Below are positions 1 through 7,813 of a stretch of 8,542 bases of DNA, in pieces (within the stretch, counting starts at the first letter, position 1; each line of letters begins with the position of its first letter). This DNA comes from Paraspadella gotoi. Its lineage: Eukaryota; Animalia; Chaetognatha. The notes beneath the pieces are model-generated. The model saw nothing but the letters and a program-made list of their open reading frames with translations, made no database searches and had not been told where the DNA came from. Both the position numbers and the translations under genes were made by a program. The stretch lies in the NCBI GenBank assembly GCA_051294375.1, contig JBJCIZ010001567.1, forward strand, positions 1-8,542. Direction: 5' to 3'.

Positions 1-1010
1 TGCTGAGAGGCCTCCGCCTGGCCCGTTGAGTAGGGACAGGAGAATCATTGTGAGGTTGGGGTGGCTCTGGGCGTTCCACCACCATTTTGATAAGCGAATC
101 ATAGCTTGGAGGGAGTTCGAATCATCCTCCATCACGGTTCAGAGAGGGCTCGAGGGCTTTGATGTAAATTGCCTCTCTAATACCTCTTGAAAACCAGTTT
201 TGATCATGGGACAGCACGAGACAGTCAGTCTCTCTAAACAGATGGCCTGATGATGCCGTGTGTTCGGCAATAGCCGATAGAAAGTGACCACGTGAGTCAC
301 GATAAGGCTTTGTATGCTGCTTAAACCGATCTGCTTGAGATTTGCCTGTCTCGCCCACGTATGCTGCTGTGCAGGGTTGGTTGCCCGCGCTGGCACAGGC
401 CGCCCAATAGACGGCTCCTGATGTTTTCGGTCTAGGGATTTTGTCTTTCGGTTTCACCAAATGCTCACGGAGAGAACAGCGGGTCATCACTAAGCTGGAG
501 ATCCCCTGTTTTGCTAGCACCCGCACCAGAGCTTCAGTGATCCCCTGGTGGTAGGGGAGGGAGACATGACCCACGTTCTTGAGGCGCTTCTGCTTATCTC
601 CCACTTGCGCTGTGGTGGGCGCGGTTGGTCCTTCAGCAGCAAGGCCTCGTTCGTCCTCCTGGGGGGCGGAGGTTGAACCTGCGTTAGCGGCTACTTGGGC
701 AGCCCCTTGGTGGCCACTGCCCTCAGCTAGGTTCAGCCGGAACCTTGCCTTCTCGAATGCCCACAGAGGGTAACCATTGAGCGCCAGGGCTCTTTTGACA
801 TGCTCAAGCTCGGCTGCCTGGAGCTCGGGGGTCGACGGAATCAGAAGAGCTCTTATGGTAAGGGACCTGACCGTGGCGAGCTTGTGCGACAAGGGAGCTT
901 GCGAATCGAAGGGAATGTATTGATCAGTGTGCGTTGGTTTGTGATAGACAGAAAATTCCAATGAGCCACCCTCTCTGCGTTTTACAAGCACATCGAGCAT
1001 TGGAATTTGC
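1..1010 (-). mobile_element. 5'-truncated Penelope-like retrotransposon (C-terminal endonuclease type, Penelope/Poseidon-like); 3' end runs off the left edge of the window
   Basis: Translation shows PLE motifs in the expected order: IPMLDVLV (RT 'LPFLDV' motif), SVYHKPTHTDQYI, HKLATVRSL..RA, L..NGYP, LPY..G, then a GIY-YIG domain. The segment is visibly more GC-rich than the flank, with an abrupt change near 1010-1025. The right boundary is approximate. Confidence 0.93.
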
Positions 1011-1027
1011 GGATATGTCGCCATCAA
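122..1027 (-). pseudogene. Partial PLE polyprotein: RT C-terminus/thumb plus GIY-YIG endonuclease; lacks the RT catalytic core
   Basis: GIY-YIG motifs: GAVY...C-x7-C...YVGETG, catalytic-position Arg and His (DRFKQH), SAIAEH...GH, REAIYI (Glu) and LNRDGG (Asn). There is no YxDD motif, so the RT is truncated. The N-terminal MMATYP probably comes from flanking DNA. Confidence 0.9.
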
Positions 1028-1029
1028 TT

Positions 1030-1400
1030 TTCACGAGCCTCTTTCTTTTACTTACTTTCGACTAACGTCTCTTACTTACTATCCCTCACCACTTATCTCA
1101 TTTCCATTTCAATTTCACTATCATTTTACTAATTATTTATCACTCGTTGCTTAATAGTAGTCATTACTTAGTTAATCTTTAAGTTTATCTTATTTATTCT
1201 TATTTTTTCTCTGGCTTGTAAATTACTAAATGTCTATCTAATTTTCATTTGAGTCTCTCTCGTCTCTCTCTTTCAATTTCACAATCTTACTATCTACTTC
1301 CCCTGACTCCCGTTACCTTTGAACTGTCCTCACATCTGACCACTATCTCTGCACGGTCAATTCTTTGTTGGAATATCTGCTCTCTCTCTCCTCTCTGTAC
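1030..1400 (+). repeat. Pyrimidine-rich, G-poor low-complexity tract with short (TC)n runs
   Basis: Strong strand asymmetry, many TTAC/CTAT/TCTC words, and (TC)n runs near 1254-1271 and 1380-1397. Confidence 0.7.
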
Positions 1401-1473
1401 TAAAGCTCAAACTTTCTCACGTAGAAGGAAACACAGGACGTGCCAGTTGCTCTTGGTAAAAATGCACTGGTGC

Positions 1474-1514
1474 TCGCATAGAGACTCCTTTGTAAGAGTC
1501 GAAACAATGTCCGA
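1474..1514 (+). ncRNA. Minimal type I hammerhead-ribozyme-like motif with variant core (CAUAGA in place of CUGANGA)
   Basis: Stem I TCG(1474-1476)/CGA(1512-1514); core CATAGA(1477-1482); stem II GACTC(1483-1487)/GAGTC(1496-1500); GAAA(1501-1504); short stem III AC-aat-GT; GTC triplet at 1509-1511. The topology matches the minimal hammerheads of PLE pseudo-LTRs, but the 5' core box deviates. Confidence 0.6.
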
Positions 1515-1563
1515 ACTTACTTGTCAAAAGAACATTCGTTGTACGCACATGTAACTGTTTTTC

Positions 1564-1611
1564 GCCTAGAGGATGCTAAAGAGGGCAAGCGAAATCGAAA
1601 GTCATATAGGC
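1564..1611 (+). ncRNA. Second, more degenerate hammerhead-like motif
   Basis: GCC(1564-1566)/GGC(1609-1611) closing stem; TAGAGGA core-like box (1567-1573); T then GCT(1575-1577)/AGC(1588-1590) stem II; GAAA(1591-1594); weak stem III. Confidence 0.4.
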
Positions 1612-3265
1612 ATAAGTTAAAGGCATGGTTCAACAGTTGATTTATGGTAAATAGGTATGAAGTAAAATATAATAATAGCTAATGTTAAGTTTTGTTAAAA
1701 ATTCATACCTTAAAAAAATTTTATATCTACATTTTTAGAATTTAATGACTTTTCATCAGTTTACGCCTGTGCCGGTCCGATAGCGTGTACAGCTTTATCA
1801 ATAAAAACCATTTAAAAATTATTTAATTACTTTAAATGTTTTTCTTTCAAATCAGTCAACCTGAAGATGTTCCTTTCTTATCCTGGAAAGAGTAAACATT
1901 TATTTTTTTGAAGTTCTCAATATTAATGACAGAAAAAATCTTAATTCTCCATTTATGTTGTGAATGAAAAAAATAAAGGTTGGGGGCAAACTTTAAAACA
2001 TAGTGTTTTTAATAAGGCAGTAAGTAAATTTCTAAATTTAAACTTTAATTAAAATTTCTAAAAGCTGAGGAACGAACAACAATTATACTAAACGTGAACA
2101 TTTAATCTTAATAAAAAAATTTATACATAACATTTTTACAATTTAAACGCAGTGGCCATATTTATACTAGTAGCTCAAACCCAATCGAATGTTTAAATTT
2201 CAAAAGATTCTGTTCTTTCTAAAGATTGTGTTTCTTGCAGATTTGTGATTCGTGCACATACAAAAGGTTGATAAAGGAAGAACATATACACTCTTTTTGG
2301 AAAAAATTCCTGTTCACTTAAGTTGGGCATCAAATATAGAAAAGCCCTATACATTTTAAGGCTGAAAACATTGAACCTTTTTTATATATTGTAAATATAC
2401 AGTTTTTTTAATTTGTTAACCGCAGCTTATGAACAGAATTTTTAAAAAGTCGAAATTGTATGTTTTCTTTTATACACGCTTTTGACAGAGAGGAATTCAA
2501 ACTAGCAAATCAAAATCTAAGAAAACCCTATTTTGAAATTTTTCGCGTAAGTTTTATAAGGATAGTTACTCAATTATAAAAGCTAGCCTACCTGCTAAAA
2601 TTAAAAAAACCATAAAATTAATCTTATTTTACAAATGGATATGTTGTTTCATCAATTCGAGCACTTTGTAGATTTAACGTAACGTAACGATTTCACTTAA
2701 TCGCGCTTAAATAAGTTTAATTAATACTTAAAAAATCATTCAGCGTGAAAAAAGCCAAATAGAAATTTCATGATATCAATCTAAGACGGTTGGCTTAAAC
2801 AGTTTTAGAGCGCGCTGCTCTGTAAAAGGAAAAAAATGATACAAAAAATCAAGAAAAGAGAACTGAAAAGGAAATAAAAAGTATAAGAAAAACAAAAAAT
2901 AATATCATTATTGGTTTGAACGCTAAAGGGTAACCCACAAGATCGAGCGCAACTGTCCATTTCCTCATTGTGTTCCTCAGATTGTTTTTGCATCTTCAGA
3001 ACTAGACAACTGTTATATTTCTCTCATGCCACTATCATTATCTGTGTTATCTTCCATCCATCTTTTTCCAAAAAGTAGACGTGGGAGAACGAAACAGGTC
3101 AGCACATTGTACTCAATAACTTCATGCCACATTGCAGTGGATATACAAAATGAATAACATTGTTTAAAAAAATTAAAATTTAGCGATAATAAAACATGAA
3201 AATAAAAACTAATAACAAAATAGCTTTTGGTAAATTTAATTTTGATGATAATGTTGTAATACATT

Positions 3266-3300
3266 CGTGGCAGCCAGCTGATAGCTGGCTAGCCACCACG
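3266..3300. repeat. GC-rich hairpin / inverted repeat
   Basis: Perfect 8-bp stem AGCCAGCT(3272-3279)-gat-AGCTGGCT(3283-3290), enclosed by CGTGG(3266-3270)/CCACG(3296-3300). Confidence 0.75.
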
Positions 3301-3949
3301 GATTCAAATTTTAATGGGAACCAGCATTAACTAATCCATTATTGTATTAATTATCTGTTCGTTAAACATATTTTTTTTGAAAAAAATGTTCCGGCGAACC
3401 ATGCACCCGTAATGTACCGCCTAATTTGAAAACGTATTAATGTATATTGCTTCATACATAATGTCAAAATTTCTTTTATGGTATATTGTTACACGCTTTT
3501 TTTTAATTCGATTGCTGATAGAGCTTAAGAAAGTTAAAGCAAAAATATAATTACAACTTTTTAAAATTTTGAATGCTTTATTATTACTAAAGGAATTAGT
3601 AAAAAACTCGGCTAAAATCATTGGATGATAGATGATGGATGCATGATGATTTTTTCTAAGGTTTTTCCATTCAATGTTAAAACCCACTTATCATCCAATC
3701 AAAATACGCGATTGAAAAAAGAGATCATACTTTGTGATAGATATAACTTTTCATACAGCGCTGATTTGAATCTGCTTTTAAAAAATAAAAAATTCCCAAA
3801 AAAATTTATGAACATTTGCTATCTGATAAATACCAATAATTAAAAAACTTAATTACTAAATCGGCTTCTTGCCGGATATTTAGAAAAAATTTTGCGCCAT
3901 TGAAAAGTTTTTCTCAGAAATTGGTATGAAGTCTTCATTTGGAAAGGTT

Positions 3950-4012
3950 CCCAAATCAAACTTACTAGACCCACCCCATTGACGAAGTTTGGCTCTACCA
4001 GTGAGCTAATAG
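3950..4012 (-). mobile_element. Decayed tRNA-derived SINE head (Pol III A box plus degenerate B box)
   Basis: The minus strand reads TAGCTCACTGGTAGAGC (4008-3992), a near-consensus tRNA D-arm/A box. GTTTGATTT begins at 3961, 47 nt downstream, and is two C>T changes from GTTCGANTC. No cloverleaf is evident. Confidence 0.5.
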
Positions 4013-5752
4013 TTTATATAGAAGTAGTTTACGTAGGGCTAAACATTCTCAAAATTGCAGCAATTTTTATAATTTTAGGTTGGATTTGGAACTTTCATTG
4101 CAAAAAGTTAATATATCGAAAGTGAAAATTCTTTTTTAAACTTCTTTCATTAAGTTGGGTCAAGGCCAAATAAATAAAAAACTGATAATTTAAGATGCGC
4201 GGCATTGATCATTCATGTTCGCAGCTGCAACAAATACTATTTTTTTGTAATTTTTAAGTCCACTTAATACATTTTAATTTTTGAAAAAACGATTAAGAAT
4301 TTCATATTATTCTTATATCAAGCTTTTAACGATTTAAAATGCTGAATCGGTTCACAAATTTTAAAAAAAAACATTTTGAAATTAGTAACATTATATCTAA
4401 GAGAGGGTAAGCGTACTAAACTACAGGTAAATAAGCTGAGGACTGCGTGATACTAATTGAATACTTCAGCGTACTGCGGAGAAGAGATAAGATAGAACTA
4501 CAGATAGAGCGATAATATTCACATTAAATATGAATTGTTTTCAAAGTATACTACTTAATGATACATCAACTGCGCTTCTAAAACCGATTTTGAAATCTCA
4601 ACCTCTTCACTATCACCCTACTTACCATCGTCTCATTTCTCCCATCTCCCTTTAATATTTTTCTCGCACATTTTCCTTATCATCGGCCCTGACTTTTTCC
4701 CATATTAGCTCTGCGCCTATCTTGTCTCTTTAAGCCAGATCTGATACTAACTAAATTCTATCCTAAAAAGTACCTTACAAACAACTATAAAAAGAAAGAC
4801 GAGAGAAAATGCGATAGGTGCACCTACTGCTCTATTGAAAATTTTGTTATTTCCTTTAAATTACAAAGTTATAGAAAAAAGAAATCAGATTGTAGCAAAA
4901 ATCAAATAGCTTATAAGCCTATATTTTTTTTTTTGAAAATGCAACAAATTCGTAGCCTACTTTCCAGAATGCTAAAAATTCTCAATGCTCAAAATCTTTC
5001 TTAATTTTTCCAAATTTTTTTCCTTTCTTATTATGGTATAAGCAGAACGTTGTAGTCTGAACGAGTTTCAAAAAAAAATATAAGCAACACAATGATCTGC
5101 AATATCATAACCTTGATCACGAGTCAAAAATGTCTTCCATTATTCTTTTAACTGAATAGCATAAGAAACACAGTAAAAAAGAAAAGTCCAAATCTTGAAA
5201 AAAGTGAAAAAAAAATTAGTCATACTTTAGTGTTTTCAAACTGAATTGATCTAAAACTTAGATCGTCTTTTTAATTCGAAATTTATCAAATAACCTCGGT
5301 CAGACAAGTAATGATGCCTTGAGTTCAAGCTGATCATTTGGTAGAGTTTTTCTTTTGGAGATTTTTTAAGAGCGACACCTCGAGTACTACTTTTATTTGA
5401 GACGTTGTTTTAACTTATCTTTAGCTCTTTTTGGTAGAATAAGTGAGGGTCCTTATCGATAGAAAGACTAAAGAGGTTTGGTATATAGAAGGTGCTGCAA
5501 AAATTGGCATGGGGTACGTTTGCGCCAGCGCTAACTTGCATCGTGTCTAAATGGAAAAAACATAAGTCACCATCTTACTGTGATCGTTTATTAACTTTAC
5601 TGCATTAACTACATAATCAGTGCTGGTGTGTAATTCAAGTCTGGAAATGGATCAAGAGGTGAAATTAATTTAAAAATTTCATGGCCAAGCTTGACAAAAA
5701 AGAATGCTAGTAAAAACAGGCTGGCAAGTTAAAAAAAATGATGGCAAGTTGC

Positions 5753-6659
5753 AACCAAGTTTTGTGAGCTACAACAATGTCGGATCTGCGCCAGCCATTA
5801 CTATGAATTCATCAGATAATCAATTCAACCTTATTAATTTAATTAAAATTGCGAATTAATCAATTAATTTACAGTTAATTATTTAATATAGTTGATTATG
5901 TAATTGTATAATCAACTGTAAATAGTCGATATCTGATGATATGTCGATAATTTAAGTAACATTAATTAAATTTCGATACTCGGGAAATGTTTGTTGTTTG
6001 ATGTGATTAATTGACTGATTAATTACTTTGATTCAATTAATACATCTTGCATTTCACATTTAAAAATAAAAAGAGAAAGGGAAGGCATAATGCAATTAGT
6101 GAAACAGGTTCTTTGATTTTTGTTCATTTAAACTCATTTCCAACTCAACGATTCCATCGAAACCTTGATTTGCCAGTTTTTAATCAGCACACTTTTTCTA
6201 CGCCCAAATCAACAAAATCTTCTAAGTCACATCGCCGGACGTACCGCTAATCACATCTACATGATGAGTAATTGTGGTGTTCAAGATAGTGAAATAATAT
6301 TGGTTTTTGTTTTTTCCATTTAAAACTCCTTTCCACTCGAACGATTCCATCGAAAACTTCATAATGCCAGCTCAAATCACACACTTCCCTCACGCCCACA
6401 CACAAAATTTCAATTCCAAATTCATTTGCCATACCAATCAAACGAGGTAAATCTGGTGTTTTTGACTAAGGCGTGGGAACGCGACGGGACGGACATCGTA
6501 TTTTTTTGCATAATTTATGCAATAGATCTCGAATGTGCTGACATGATATAGACCAGTGAATGAGACCGACAAGATTCGCAGGGGGCGGACCGACGCGACC
6601 GCAACAAATTGAATTATGACGAGGTCGGGGAAATCTGCTGAAAGCAGATCCGACTAAAA
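5753..6659 (-). mobile_element. Putative non-autonomous Helentron-associated (HINE/DINE-1-like) element
   Basis: Perfect 11-bp subterminal inverted repeats GTCGGATCTGC(5779-5789)/GCAGATCCGAC(6644-6654). One lies within a terminal hairpin (6624-6654) next to a T-run (minus strand TTTTAGTCGG...). The other is followed on the minus strand by a short stem-loop and CTTGGTT. Also GACGG/GACGC-type words at 6478-6494 and 6585-6601 and internal tandem repeats. No coding capacity. Confidence 0.65.
6090..6470. repeat. Diverged tandem duplication, about two units with a period of ~193 bp
   Basis: ACGATTCCATCGAAA occurs at 6148 and 6341, with collinear matches on both sides: CATTTAAA(A)CTC.TTTCCA, TGCCAG, CACACTT, ACGCCCA, CAAAAT, TGGTGTT. 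Confidence 0.85.
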
Positions 6660-6729
6660 GATGAATAACAGGAAATTGTCAAAAATGATCGGCGAGTTAA
6701 AAATTATTTTTAAAAATATTGGATGATTT

Positions 6730-6807
6730 CTCATCTGATTAAGCGTGATTACCAGGCTTAATATCGCTAGGCAGATCCGATACATTAGTTGTTGCTCAAA
6801 CATTGTT
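6730..6807 (+). mobile_element. 3' terminus of a second, related HINE-like element in the opposite orientation
   Basis: GCAGATCCGA(6771-6780)-tacatta-GTTGTTGCTCAAAC-ATTGTT resembles the reverse complement of 5753-5800 (GCAGATCCGAC-att-GTTGTAGCTCACAAAAC-TTGGTT), including the GCTCA-containing stem-loop. Confidence 0.55.
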
Positions 6808-7129
6808 AGGTTCTGTGTCTTTGTTTTTTAGTTCCAGAGAGAAGTCTGGACGGTTCGATGGCGCCACTGCCATTGGGTCCTGGGACATGCGACATTGCTT
6901 GACCTACGTGTAAATGGTTAAGGGTACCATACATGGATAATGATATATCGTGATTTTCATTGGTATTACTTTATGACGGCAAGTGTCTTGTAAAAAAAAA
7001 TATGCTTAAGTTTACTGTCTATGAACTAAAAAGAAAAATTTGCCAATGGCCTAGTCGGTAATGTTAGGGAATGTTAGGAACGAATGACTGTTTAGGCCGA
7101 ACCATAATCGGATAGATATTTACTCGTCG

Positions 7130-7196
7130 CGATTATCTCATTGGTAGTAGCTTAAAACTGCTTTCCAATTTAGCAGGTGGGTTCCGCGATGATCCT
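7130..7196 (+). mobile_element. Second decayed tRNA-SINE-like head, apparently related to the 3950-4012 copy
   Basis: ATTATCTCATTGGTAGTAGC..AAACT...CAAT...GGTGGGTTC aligns by eye with ATTAGCTCACTGGTAG-AGC..AAACT...CAAT..GGTGGGTC on the minus strand of 4010-3968. Confidence 0.4.
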
Positions 7197-7724
7197 TAAT
7201 AAGTTAAATTTTGATGAAAACTTAATTTTTATTTTATAGTGGCTTTCTATGTGCAGATTGAGTCTTTGCTCAAACTGCTCAGTATTATCGGCTGTTAACG
7301 ATGTTCAAGGATAAGATTGTTTCCTTTTGGTATTTAAAAAAAACACGACAGATAATCTTAAAACAGCATATCGTGCCGCAATCGAGCAAAAAGTAAAATC
7401 TGGATTAACGACAAATTTTGATAAACTAAAAGAAAAAATAAAATGATTGAGAAGAGAGGAAAATAATTTATAAACAGAAAGACAAATCATTATTTTTGGC
7501 GACTTGGTAACTAAAAAAAAATAAGTGAACTGACCTCGAGCGAAAAGGATTAAAAATTACAGTCTATTCTTCGAAAAAAAGCAAAAAACCCATTTATATT
7601 GTCAAGAAAGAAGATAAACTGATCAGCAGACGCCAGCCCCTGAAAGAAAAAAGAACGAAGTAGAGAGAACCCAGTGTTGGCGGAATAGACAATATGATTA
7701 ACCCATGCCATGAATCCGCCGAAT

Positions 7725-7813
7725 GAGAGAGAGACGAGAGAGAGAGGGAGGAGAGGAGAGAGAGAGTAGAGAGAGAGATGAGAGAAAGAAAGAGAGAGAG
7801 GGGGGAGAGAGAG
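7725..7813 (+). repeat. Imperfect (GA)n microsatellite / polypurine tract
   Basis: About 90 bp of almost pure purine GA repeats. Confidence 0.95.

Noticed and set aside
122-124. In-frame TGA read as selenocysteine, as in Naiad PLEs
   Set aside because: Naiads have an N-terminal endonuclease, whereas this element's is C-terminal. The position is not a Cys-type site and I identified no SECIS. A nonsense mutation is simpler.
139-773. ORFs 139-396 (-) and 579-773 (+)
   Set aside because: Alternative-frame or antisense shadows of the GC-rich PLE ORF, with no recognisable motifs.
1249-1554. 101-aa ORF
   Set aside because: Starts at TTG, is Ser/Leu-rich because of TC low complexity, and overlaps the ribozyme-like motif.
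1861-1900. CTGAAGA...GGAAAG as a hammerhead
   Set aside because: No stem II in register between the core box and GAAA, and no stem I or III.
2065-2105. CTGAGGA-ACG...CGT-GAAC as a hammerhead; other CTGANGA words at 247, 4436, 5933 and on the minus strand near 1759, 2980 and 2999
   Set aside because: None has GAAA directly after a closing stem II together with stem I and III pairing.
2805-3264. Minus-strand ORFs of 62 and 83 aa, including the coding-looking FVLPRLLFGKRW segment
   Set aside because: Interrupted by stops, mostly AT-rich Phe/Ile/Lys sequence, and no family I can name.
3421-3843. ORFs 3421-3687 (-) and 3625-3843 (+)
   Set aside because: Short chance ORFs in AT-rich DNA.
3950-4012. 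Functional tRNA gene
   Set aside because: No acceptor, anticodon or T stems can be formed and the B box is degenerate.
4815-4826. 12-bp palindrome TAGGTGCACCTA; also a small hairpin at 2803-2827
   Set aside because: Isolated, with no partner terminus or other support. They could be element ends but I cannot show it.
6047-6441. ORFs 6047-6250 (+) and 6247-6441 (-)
   Set aside because: They lie in the non-coding tandem duplication, whose two units differ by small indels.
7059-7078. AATGTTAGG twice, read as telomeric repeat or CRISPR
   Set aside because: Only a ~10-bp local duplication with a single TTAGGG; there is no array.
7535-7639. Minus-strand 105-nt exon candidate (TTTCAG acceptor, GTCAGT donor)
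   Set aside because: Stops in all three frames. It could only be non-coding and has no other support.
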